DNA from: a bacterium
Lineage (GTDB): Bacteria; JAHJDO01
Length of the DNA stretch: 64,000 nt
Assembly (NCBI GenBank): GCA_043824255.1
Contig: JBDRTG010000047.1
Span: forward strand, 128,001 to 192,000
Direction: 5' to 3'
Shown piece after piece: positions 49,070-57,696 of this stretch. Below the pieces are notes generated by a model. That model was given only the letters and a program-made list of their open reading frames with translations. It did not search any database and was not told the origin of the DNA. Both the position numbers and the translations under genes were made by a program. The number at the start of each line of letters is the position of its first letter. Position 1 is the stretch's first letter.

Positions 49070-49130
49070 AGAACCAGAACAAAGTTCGGTTCTTGGCTGG
49101 TCCGAATCGATCTCTGATCTGGTTCGGACC
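49066..49130. repeat. Inverted pair of 32-bp bulged hairpins in the tRNA-Ser spacer
   Basis: 49066-49097 and 49099-49130 each form a 10-bp stem, 1-nt bulge, 4-bp stem and 3-nt loop. Confidence 0.75.
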
Positions 49131-49146
49131 GCCCAGTATTTACTAT

Positions 49147-49236
49147 GGAGAGGTGGCCGAGTGGCTGAAGGCAGCTGCCTGCTAAGCAGTTGTGGGGGTA
49201 ACTCCACCCCGGGTTCGAATCCCGGCCTCTCCGCCA
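49147..49236 (+). tRNA. tRNA-Ser(GCT)
   Basis: GGAGAGGTGGCCGAGTGG...GCTGC-CTGCTAA-GCAGT, long variable arm, GGTTCGAATCC, CTCTCCGCCA. Confidence 0.97.
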
Positions 49237-49291
49237 TGCACCAGAGCGAAGAAATATAATTAAATTAATCTATAATTAATAAGGAGGTAGT

Positions 49292-49840
49292 ATGAAAGAC
49301 TTTGATCGATATGCTAAATTTAGCAAAAGAGACTCAGGAAGAGATTCTGGAAGATTTGGCGGAAGGGATTCTGGAAGACGCAGCTTTGAAAAGCAGATGC
49401 ATGAAGCAACCTGCGACAAATGCGGTAAGCAATGTGAAGTCCCTTTCAAACCCACTGAAGGCAAACCTGTTTACTGCAGTGATTGTTTTGAAAAAACAGG
49501 AAATTCCAGTAGATATGGTGATAGAGATTCAAGAAGACCTGATAGAGGAGGCTATAATAGATCCGGAGGAAGAGATTCGGGAAGATTCAGCAGTAGAGAT
49601 TCTGGATCAAATAAACCTGATCAATTTATAAAAGAATTTGACCAGCTTAACAGAAAACTTGATACCATACTAAAAGCATTAGAGGTTCCAAGAAATGAAC
49701 AGGTTGTAGAAAAACCTGTTAAAGAGCCTAAAAAAACAGAAATAAAAGTTGAGAAAAAAAAGATTGTAAAAAAGAAAGAACAACCTAAGGCAAAGAAGAA
49801 AAAGGCTGCGGCAAAAAAACCGGTTAAAAAATCAGGATAG
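49292..49840 (+). CDS. CxxC-x17-CxxC domain protein with RDSGR repeats and a Lys-rich tail
   Basis: MHEATCDKCGKQCEVPFKPTEGKPVYCSDCF; AAGGAGG RBS. Confidence 0.88.
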   Translation: MKDFDRYAKFSKRDSGRDSGRFGGRDSGRRSFEKQMHEATCDKCGKQCEVPFKPTEGKPVYCSDCFEKTGNSSRYGDRDSRRPDRGGYNRSGGRDSGRFSSRDSGSNKPDQFIKEFDQLNRKLDTILKALEVPRNEQVVEKPVKEPKKTEIKVEKKKIVKKKEQPKAKKKKAAAKKPVKKSG

Positions 49841-50983
49841 ATAATACCCATGTACGGGGCTTATGAAAAGTATTCGGATAATGGCTGCAGCTGTAAGAAG
49901 CCCTGCCAAAATAAACAGATACTTTGAAAGTTTGTCTCTGTCTTTTGCATAGCTCAGAATCATAAAAGGGAAAATGGCAAACGTTATTCGTGTCGCTGCA
50001 GCTAATGCTTCCCATATCTCCCAACATATAAAAATTGATATAAACGCCTGAATAAATAAATTCCAGTTGTATATGTTCTTGTTTCTTAAAAGTTTTATTG
50101 CGGAAACAGCTAGAACTAACATCACGAAACAAAAGTAAGGGATAACGCTTATTTCTCTAAGTATATGCTTAAAATCTCCTCTCAAGTTAATACTGCTTAG
50201 CTTTTGTAGTATCCCTGCAAAGGGCAAAACCAGGTGTCCCGATGAACCAAGAAGAGGGATTTTGCCAAGTCTCTGATACAGAAAAAATTGAAGAATAACA
50301 AACGGTATGAATGATAGAATGATTACAAAGCTATTTTTATATCTTTTTTTAAAAAATTCATACATTAAGAAAACTAATATTATAAGCCCTGCAATTTCCC
50401 TTGTAAGAAGTGCAAGCGAAAAGAAAAGAGCTGTTGAGACTGTCTTCTTCTCTTCATAAAAATAAATCCCTATTAGTATCAAACATAGAAAAAGAGGGGT
50501 TGTTAAATTGTACTGCAAAGCTACAATATTACCTATTCCCAAAGAATAAATTAAAGCATACCAGATACTCACATTGTGTTTTTTGAGAATTATTGATAAA
50601 AACAGAGTACCTACCAGAATTGAAATTATATTAACAATCAAGAGTGTCCAGGGCAAAAGAGCCTTATTGCCAAAAGCCAATATATAGGCCAAAAATGGAT
50701 AAAGAAAACGCTGGTATTTTTTTAAATCTATACGGTGGAAATTTGTCTTTATGAAAGGGTCTGATGCTGCATAATAATACGCTTGTCCATCGTATCCACT
50801 GATATTTTTCATAATTATAAAATTCGGAGGGACTAGTTTTTTTATAACGAAAGGGCTTTTTTCTCCAAGATGTATAAAGCAGCTAAGGTTAAAGTCATAG
50901 CGGCTTGCGATAATGCCTGTAATAACAAGATAAAAGAGAAATGTGATGAGGAGCAGTTTAGGTAAACAGAAAGATTTTTTCAT
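49832..50983 (-). CDS. Polytopic membrane protein, GT-C-like glycosyltransferase
   Basis: N-terminal loop GYDGQAYY..DPF, then YQRFLYPFLA and ALLTRE; multiple TM helices; follows a GT2 gene. Confidence 0.65.
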   Translation of the reverse strand: MKKSFCLPKLLLITFLFYLVITGIIASRYDFNLSCFIHLGEKSPFVIKKLVPPNFIIMKNISGYDGQAYYYAASDPFIKTNFHRIDLKKYQRFLYPFLAYILAFGNKALLPWTLLIVNIISILVGTLFLSIILKKHNVSIWYALIYSLGIGNIVALQYNLTTPLFLCLILIGIYFYEEKKTVSTALFFSLALLTREIAGLIILVFLMYEFFKKRYKNSFVIILSFIPFVILQFFLYQRLGKIPLLGSSGHLVLPFAGILQKLSSINLRGDFKHILREISVIPYFCFVMLVLAVSAIKLLRNKNIYNWNLFIQAFISIFICWEIWEALAAATRITFAIFPFMILSYAKDRDKLSKYLFILAGLLTAAAIIRILFISPVHGYYLS

Positions 50984-51676
50984 TTAACTAACAAAACGAT
51001 ATTTTATTAATGTCCAAATTGCAGAAAAACCATCTTTCCAGCAGACCTTTTTACCTTCTGAGTAATCTCTTCCATAATAAGAGATTGGTATTTCATAGAC
51101 TCTGTAGTTTTGTCTGAATATTTTCGCAGTGATTTCCGGCTCTATATCAAAACGATCTGACGTTAGATTAATGGAGTCCAACACCTTTTTTGTCATAACC
51201 TTATAGCATGTTTCCATATCAGAAATTGTTGTGTTATAAAGAATATTTGTAAGGAAGGTAAGAAACTTGTTTCCTACAAGGTGCCAGAAAAGATACATTC
51301 TTTGAGGCTTGCCTCCTGAAAGACGGGACCCATATACAACATCTGCAAAACCATCTGTAATAGGCTTTATCAGATCTTTAATCTCTTCAGGTTCATATTC
51401 TAAATCAGCGTCCTGAATTGCTATAATCTCTCCCTTAACATGCTTGAAACCTGTACGCAAGGCCGCCCCTTTGCCATGATTCGCCATATGATAAAAAATA
51501 CTTACTTCCGGATATCTGCTATCCAGTTTTTCTTTTATAAGCTCGCACGTGCCGTCTGTAGAACAGTCATCCACAATTATTATCTCTTTTTCTACGTCCA
51601 GAGCTTTTACCTTTTCTATAATCTTAAGTATGGTATTTTTCTCATTATATACAGGCACAACAATAGAAAGTTTCAT
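50984..51676 (-). CDS. Glycosyltransferase family 2 (polyprenol-phosphate sugar synthase-like)
   Basis: VVPVYNE, VDDCSTDGT, QDADLEY, DMETCYK and EPEITAK motifs. Confidence 0.93.
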   Translation of the reverse strand: MKLSIVVPVYNEKNTILKIIEKVKALDVEKEIIIVDDCSTDGTCELIKEKLDSRYPEVSIFYHMANHGKGAALRTGFKHVKGEIIAIQDADLEYEPEEIKDLIKPITDGFADVVYGSRLSGGKPQRMYLFWHLVGNKFLTFLTNILYNTTISDMETCYKVMTKKVLDSINLTSDRFDIEPEITAKIFRQNYRVYEIPISYYGRDYSEGKKVCWKDGFSAIWTLIKYRFVS

Positions 51677-51694
51677 ATATGTCTCCTACATAAG

Positions 51695-53167
51695 TTACGT
51701 GTTTTTCAGCAGCATTCGCATCCCTTTTAGTATTGCAGAAAACCCCCGCTTTTTCAAAATAGTTTTAATCACAGCCGGTCGGCTAATGACATTTTTGAAT
51801 AGATAATATCTGTTAATTCCTTTTCTTATTCTTTTCCAAGTTTTTTCAAGCTCATTAACTGATAAGCTTCTGGTTCGCATAACAGCATGCGCTCCAACAC
51901 GAACCCGCTTTCCAACTATAAGCGGATACATATCGCCTACAGCAATTAAATTCTCTTTCTCTGCAATGTCAAAAAGTTGTGTTTTTGGATATGGAAACGC
52001 CATTGTAAGATGGATATTATCAGCATCCAGTTCCTTTGCAAGCTCAGACGTTCTATGCAGCGTATTTTTATCATCCCATGGCATGCCTACTATTAAATCA
52101 CAGTTTGCCTTTATGCCAGCCTCCTTTGTCTGTTTAATAACATCTATTGCTTCTTGATTCGAGAAATTCTTCTGCATATCTTTCCTGACTGACGGATCTC
52201 CGGATTCTATGCCATACTCTATGAGCTTGCATCCCGCTCTAGCCATTTTCTCAATGAGGCTCTGGTTAATGCAATCTATTCTGGTTAAACAGCGCCACTC
52301 GAGATTTAGATTTCTTTTTATTATTCCATCACATATTTTTTCTGCGCGAGGCTGGTCGAGAGTAAAAGTTTCATCCCAGAAGAAGAATCCATGAATTTTA
52401 TACTTAACTACAACATACTCCAGCTCGCTAAGCACTCTTTCAGAAGACATTGCCTTCCATTTTCGGTCATATCCCCTCCATTTGCTTGAGCCTATTATGC
52501 AAAAAGGACATGCATACGGACAATCCCTTGTAGTTCTTATTCTAATCCCGGGAACCAGTTTCTCGTGAAAAGGAAGATCTAAGTATCCAATTGAATATCT
52601 GTCCATTGGAAATAATTCATATGCCATAAAAGGCAGCTCATTCAACGAGCTCACGATATCAGCAAAACCTGTTGCAACAATTTTCCCATCCGCATCTCTA
52701 AACGCTATGCCTTTTACATCTTTAAGATTTGATTTCATATTTTTGACTATATCCGGGATAACTACCTCAGGCTGTCCTCGTACAATAATATCTAAATTTG
52801 GGAAGTCTTCTAACATTCGCTCCGGATATATAGGAGCCAGCACACTTTCTATAAGAATTGTTTTAATATTTCTCCCAAACTTTCTTTTTGCAATATCCGC
52901 TACTTTCATATCATGAGATATCAGTCCGGCTGCTGATTGGAAGATCACAGCATCACACTCAGGAATTTGCTCCTCAAGTTCACCCCAGCCTAACTCAAGG
53001 GCGTTTGCATCAATAACCTGAACATCAGAAACATGTTTTAGCACACTGATGATCTGTGCAAGCCGGATGGGGAAAGGCACGTATTTGACATTCTGAAAAC
53101 ATATTTCATCTCTGAGAGTGTAGAGCCTTTTGTCGTATTTAGGAGGATTTATTAATAATATCTTCAC
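51695..53167 (-). CDS. Cobalamin-binding radical SAM enzyme
   Basis: N-terminal B12-binding-like domain (LLINPP..); TTRDCPYACPFC, WDETFT and YGIESG motifs. Confidence 0.9.
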   Translation of the reverse strand: MKILLINPPKYDKRLYTLRDEICFQNVKYVPFPIRLAQIISVLKHVSDVQVIDANALELGWGELEEQIPECDAVIFQSAAGLISHDMKVADIAKRKFGRNIKTILIESVLAPIYPERMLEDFPNLDIIVRGQPEVVIPDIVKNMKSNLKDVKGIAFRDADGKIVATGFADIVSSLNELPFMAYELFPMDRYSIGYLDLPFHEKLVPGIRIRTTRDCPYACPFCIIGSSKWRGYDRKWKAMSSERVLSELEYVVVKYKIHGFFFWDETFTLDQPRAEKICDGIIKRNLNLEWRCLTRIDCINQSLIEKMARAGCKLIEYGIESGDPSVRKDMQKNFSNQEAIDVIKQTKEAGIKANCDLIVGMPWDDKNTLHRTSELAKELDADNIHLTMAFPYPKTQLFDIAEKENLIAVGDMYPLIVGKRVRVGAHAVMRTRSLSVNELEKTWKRIRKGINRYYLFKNVISRPAVIKTILKKRGFSAILKGMRMLLKNT

Positions 53168-53874
53168 TTCTCTCCTCTAAACATTAACTTTAAGACTAAG
53201 AAAAACGATTCTATAGCAATGGCCTTTGACAGCTTTGATTTCCCGAACTGACGATCCACAAAAATAATGGGAACCTCTCCTATTCTATATCCATTTCTCT
53301 GACATTTAAACAATGTCTCTATTAAATATCCATATCCATGGGAATACAGATGTTCTACATCAATATGTTCAACAACTTTTCTCTTATAACATCTAAATCC
53401 TCCTGTGCAATCCCTGGCAGAAAGGCCTAACATTGTTCTAGCATATATATTCGCCCCTCTGCTCAGCAGTTTTCTACCTATGCCCCAATTCTGAGTCCCT
53501 CCATTTTCAATATATCTAGACCCGATAATTACGTCATGTTCTTCCATTTTAGTCAGCATTTTGGGTATATATTTGGGATCATGTGAAAAATCAGCATCCA
53601 TTGTTAATATATACTCTGCATCTGTATTTTTGAGCGCATATTTCAATCCGGCTCTATGAGCTGCAGCAAACCCGGCTCTATTCTCTCTATGCAGATGATA
53701 AACCTTATCTGGGAATTCAATGTGAAGTCTATCAACAATTTTGCCAGTACCGTCAGGAGAATTGTCATCTACTACTATCACGCCTATATCTACAGGTAGA
53801 TCTAATATTTGATATATAAGAGCGCCTATATTCTCTGCTTCGTTATATGTTGGGATTGATACTATAGCTTTCAT
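53164..53874 (-). CDS. Polyprenol monophosphomannose synthase-like GT2
   Basis: IPTYNEAENI, DDNSPDGTG, MDADFSHDP, DCTGGFRCY and FVDRQFGKSK motifs. Confidence 0.92.
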   Translation of the reverse strand: MKAIVSIPTYNEAENIGALIYQILDLPVDIGVIVVDDNSPDGTGKIVDRLHIEFPDKVYHLHRENRAGFAAAHRAGLKYALKNTDAEYILTMDADFSHDPKYIPKMLTKMEEHDVIIGSRYIENGGTQNWGIGRKLLSRGANIYARTMLGLSARDCTGGFRCYKRKVVEHIDVEHLYSHGYGYLIETLFKCQRNGYRIGEVPIIFVDRQFGKSKLSKAIAIESFFLVLKLMFRGEK

Positions 53875-53877
53875 AAT

Positions 53878-54969
53878 TTAGAACCATTCCAAAAATCTTC
53901 TCATTTTTGGTGATATTTTATTTGCCTGTTCCTGAGAAACCAGTTTGCTCCATATCAGTCTTCTAATCATAACACGTGGTCTTACAGTCTTCTCCCTTAT
54001 AAATTTTTTTACAGGGCTATATGTCTTCACATAATACTTAAGAGGTATTGGTGTTCCTCCATACTGTTTCTTCCAGTGAAAATGCGAGGAGTTTGGAGCA
54101 GTACTCCCAAAATCAAATTTGTCGATATCATTTTCAACACATGCGTCTTTTATCATTTCACTATAAAGCAGATTGTTCGGACAGTATCTCATATACTCGG
54201 GAATAGAAACATTATCAAAAAGATACCTGATATTCTGAAAATCAAAACAATAGGCACCCGCTATAAGCTTCTGTTTGTATACAGCAAGATATAATTTTAT
54301 ATGTTCACGAAATAGATTCAGTATTTTACAAAATATCTCTTTTTGTATAATTTTTGTTTTAAGTTTTTTTCTGTTTTCTATTAGAATAGAATAATATTTA
54401 TCTATCATATTCCAATTATTCTTAACTATACGCACGCCGCTCTTCTTCGCCTTCCTGGTCTGATTCCTCACTTTTGTATTAAACAACTTTCCCCAGACAT
54501 AATCGTAATCATGGGTATTCAACATAAATGTTTTTGGAGATTTTTCAACACTATATATGGGTTTATATCCAATAGAAGCGCAACATCTAATTAATTCAGT
54601 ATTATCTGTATGAGGATTCATTAGAATGTGAGCATAGGATACCTTCTCTTCTAAACATATCTCATCCATTCTCTTTGTTAACGCATTTACAACTTCAATG
54701 TTTGTGCCCAGTGATCCGCCATAAGCTCCACCGAGAGGCATTGAATGTACGCTGTCATTTAGAAACATGGATATCTTTACAAAGGGGAATATACCCACAA
54801 TATCCCTGTCAGAATTCTCGGCTAATACGAAAAACGTCTTGTGCCCTTGTGAGTCGTAAAATTTTCTCCATTCATAGTATTGGGAAAAGCTGCCATTGTT
54901 TTCGTCCACGAACCTATTCCAGAGATCTTTATCTTCAGGACCAGCCTCTCTAATACATATATTTGCCAT
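53878..54969 (-). CDS. FemAB-like GNAT acyl/aminoacyltransferase (copy 2)
   Basis: KVRNQTRKAKKSG, PNNLLY and FDFGST..HWKKQYG motifs; ATG 54969. Confidence 0.85.
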   Translation of the reverse strand: MANICIREAGPEDKDLWNRFVDENNGSFSQYYEWRKFYDSQGHKTFFVLAENSDRDIVGIFPFVKISMFLNDSVHSMPLGGAYGGSLGTNIEVVNALTKRMDEICLEEKVSYAHILMNPHTDNTELIRCCASIGYKPIYSVEKSPKTFMLNTHDYDYVWGKLFNTKVRNQTRKAKKSGVRIVKNNWNMIDKYYSILIENRKKLKTKIIQKEIFCKILNLFREHIKLYLAVYKQKLIAGAYCFDFQNIRYLFDNVSIPEYMRYCPNNLLYSEMIKDACVENDIDKFDFGSTAPNSSHFHWKKQYGGTPIPLKYYVKTYSPVKKFIREKTVRPRVMIRRLIWSKLVSQEQANKISPKMRRFLEWF

Positions 54970-54971
54970 TT

Positions 54972-56066
54972 TCAAAACCATTCCAGAAATCTTCTCATTT
55001 TTGGTGATATTTTATTTGCCTGTTCCTGTGAAACCAGTTTACTCCATATCAGTCTTCTAATCATAACACGCGGTATTACAGTCTTTTCTCTTATAAGTTT
55101 CTTTACAGGGCTGTATATTTTCTCGTAGTATTGAAGAGGCACTGGAGTTCCCCCATACTGTTTTTTCCAGTGAAAATGCGAAGAATTCGGAGCTGTGCTT
55201 CCAAAATCAATTATGTCAATATCGGACTTTTTACAGCCATCTTTTATAATTTCATTGAACAGTAAGTTATTTGGACAATATTTCACATATTCTGGAAGAG
55301 ACACATTATTGAAGAGATATCTTATGTTCTGGAAGTCAAAAGAATATATCCCTGCTATAGGCTTGTCTTTGTATACGGCAATATATAAGCTTATATAATC
55401 TCGTAAGACGTTCAGTATCTTATAAAATATTTTTTCTTCCATAATCCTTGTTTTAAGCTTCTTGCTGCTCTCTATCAGGATGGAATAGTATTCATCCAGA
55501 AGATGCCAGTCATCCCTGATTATCTCTACTCCACTCTTTCTAGCTTTTCTAATCTGATTTCTTACTTTTCTATTAAATGATTTTTTCCAGACCGTGTTAT
55601 AGTCATTTGCGTCCAATACAAAAATACTAGGTAATTTATCGACAGTATATCTAGGCTTGTATCCTATAGACCTACAACGTTTAATTAGTTCAGTATTATC
55701 TTTATATGGGTTCACTAGAATGTGAGCATATACGGCCTTTTCCCTAATACATATTTCGTCCATTCTTTTCATTAACGCAGTTACGACTTCCGTGTTTTCG
55801 CTCAGCGGCCCGCCGGAAGCTCCTCCAAACGGCATTGAATGTATGCTGTTATTTATGAACATAGGTATCTTTACAAATGGAAATACTCCCTTTATGCTGT
55901 CTTTTTCATCATTTGCTATCAAATAAAAAGCCTTAAATCCTTGCTCCTCGTATACAAAACGCCACTTATAGCACTGATAAAAACTCCCTTTATTACTTTT
56001 TACAAACTCATCCCACCCGTTACTATCCTGGTCTGTCGCTTCCCTGATTTTAATTTGTTTATTCAT
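54972..56066 (-). CDS. FemAB-like GNAT acyl/aminoacyltransferase (copy 1)
   Basis: SMPFGGASGG, KVRNQIRKARKSG, PNNLLF and DFGST..HWKKQYG motifs; paralog of 53878-54969. Confidence 0.85.
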   Translation of the reverse strand: MNKQIKIREATDQDSNGWDEFVKSNKGSFYQCYKWRFVYEEQGFKAFYLIANDEKDSIKGVFPFVKIPMFINNSIHSMPFGGASGGPLSENTEVVTALMKRMDEICIREKAVYAHILVNPYKDNTELIKRCRSIGYKPRYTVDKLPSIFVLDANDYNTVWKKSFNRKVRNQIRKARKSGVEIIRDDWHLLDEYYSILIESSKKLKTRIMEEKIFYKILNVLRDYISLYIAVYKDKPIAGIYSFDFQNIRYLFNNVSLPEYVKYCPNNLLFNEIIKDGCKKSDIDIIDFGSTAPNSSHFHWKKQYGGTPVPLQYYEKIYSPVKKLIREKTVIPRVMIRRLIWSKLVSQEQANKISPKMRRFLEWF

Positions 56067-56790
56067 TTGCACCAATCAATTTCTTATGAGCCAAAACCTT
56101 ATTGCATACAATCCAATGTCTTTTATGTAACATGATAGTCCATTTAAAATTTCTCAAATATTTACCAGCTATTGCAATCGGGCCAGATCTCTCGCGCTGT
56201 ACTATTTTAAGATTGCAACTTTTAAGCAATTTTCTCAATCTGCCATATGTAAACTCATCATTTATTGGCTGTTGAAACCTTCTATATTTTGGTTTCCATG
56301 GAAATATAATATTTTTTACTTGCATCATAATCAGCCACAAAACGTTGTCAGTAGTCAGCAAGAGCCTTCCATTATCCTTCAAAATTCTATACACTTCATT
56401 TAATGCCTTTTCTTGGTCAATCACATGTTCAATTACTAAACTCATTACAACTAAATCAAATGTTTTGTCTGGATACGGCATAGAATCTACATTTCCTATA
56501 TCGGCATTTATTCCCAGCTTCTTACAGTAATCTACCGCCTTTTTGGATATGTCTATACCATATAAATCGATATTTTTATTTTGCCTTTTAAATTCTAAAA
56601 GCAGATCTCCATATCCACACCCTATATCCAATATCCTGCCAGATACACTCCTTAAGTTCTTAACTGTATTTCTGTAATATTCATTGGAACTTCCATGTTG
56701 CTGCAAGTTATCATATTCTACAGCTACTTGTTTTTGATCCATTCTCCTTCTATTAATCTTTTTAAAGCTCCGGAATGAAAATATATTCAC
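56059..56790 (-). CDS. Class I SAM-dependent methyltransferase
   Basis: ILDIGCGYG, GIDIS, FDLV..VIEHV and RILKDNG motifs. Confidence 0.92.
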   Translation of the reverse strand: MNIFSFRSFKKINRRRMDQKQVAVEYDNLQQHGSSNEYYRNTVKNLRSVSGRILDIGCGYGDLLLEFKRQNKNIDLYGIDISKKAVDYCKKLGINADIGNVDSMPYPDKTFDLVVMSLVIEHVIDQEKALNEVYRILKDNGRLLLTTDNVLWLIMMQVKNIIFPWKPKYRRFQQPINDEFTYGRLRKLLKSCNLKIVQRERSGPIAIAGKYLRNFKWTIMLHKRHWIVCNKVLAHKKLIGANE

Positions 56791-56796
56791 AAAACT

Positions 56797-57696
56797 TTAG
56801 ACCTTCCACTCCTCTCTTGCGAGTGTGTTCATTTCGCTGAGGTTTGTCCACTTAATATAATCTAATTTTGTAAGCACTTTTATACTTGCCCAGAATTCCC
56901 GCCTGAACTCCAGAAGCTCTGTCTCGTGAGAAGGGAAAACAAGAAAAAGTTCTTTATCCGCTCTAAAATCTATGACATTCTTTAGCTTATTCAATGTTAA
57001 TCTTGGATGGTCAATGGGATAAAAAACACTTTGAATCTCTATTATTTTTTTTGATGGAGAGAGGATAAAAGGTTCCCCTCTTTGAGGAATCTTATTATCC
57101 TCAATGAATTTTTCCCCAAATGTATTTGTATGATTTCTGCGTATGGAGCAATCAATTCTTATTTCAAAACTTTCCAGTTGTTCTATTATATCGTCAGTAA
57201 GAAACCACCATCCTGCGACATACGTGATTGGAGATATTCTCTCTTTTTGAAGCCAGGATATTTCTTTCTTCATTTGCTCTTTAATAAGTTGGAAATTATA
57301 GTTTAAATGATTTATTGGCACCAGAGTGTGTTTATTTGATAACGAGGTAAAAAAGTGCCCATGATAGCCGATTTCCGCAAACTCAGACACGCTTTTTACT
57401 CGCTTTGTATACTCTTGAGTAGTGATACCGAACTCATCTAGTTGGAGTTCCGTCTTCAGACAGTATGGAGTTGTAATACATAAGGTTGGCTTTGCATGTG
57501 TATAATCAAGAAACTTCTTGCAGAAATCTATGAGTTTATCAAATATCCTTTTATTCGCTATTGCTTCAGTGTGAAAGACAAAATTTATGTTTATCGGCTT
57601 CTTCCTCTGAATCTCAGGGAAAGAAGAGAACGTCCATAGCAATGCATTCAATACATATAAAATATTCTTCTTTATTCTATGTCTAGTTTTCATCAT
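56797..57696 (-). CDS. Polysaccharide deacetylase-like (NodB/CE4-fold) protein
   Basis: HTE, EIGYHGH, YVAGWW and DCS motifs; position within a glycan operon. Confidence 0.55.
   Translation of the reverse strand: MMKTRHRIKKNILYVLNALLWTFSSFPEIQRKKPININFVFHTEAIANKRIFDKLIDFCKKFLDYTHAKPTLCITTPYCLKTELQLDEFGITTQEYTKRVKSVSEFAEIGYHGHFFTSLSNKHTLVPINHLNYNFQLIKEQMKKEISWLQKERISPITYVAGWWFLTDDIIEQLESFEIRIDCSIRRNHTNTFGEKFIEDNKIPQRGEPFILSPSKKIIEIQSVFYPIDHPRLTLNKLKNVIDFRADKELFLVFPSHETELLEFRREFWASIKVLTKLDYIKWTNLSEMNTLAREEWKV

Noticed and set aside
48988..49259. Short ORFs 48988-49185, 48996-49259 and 49055-49237
   Set aside because: They overlap two clear tRNA-Ser genes
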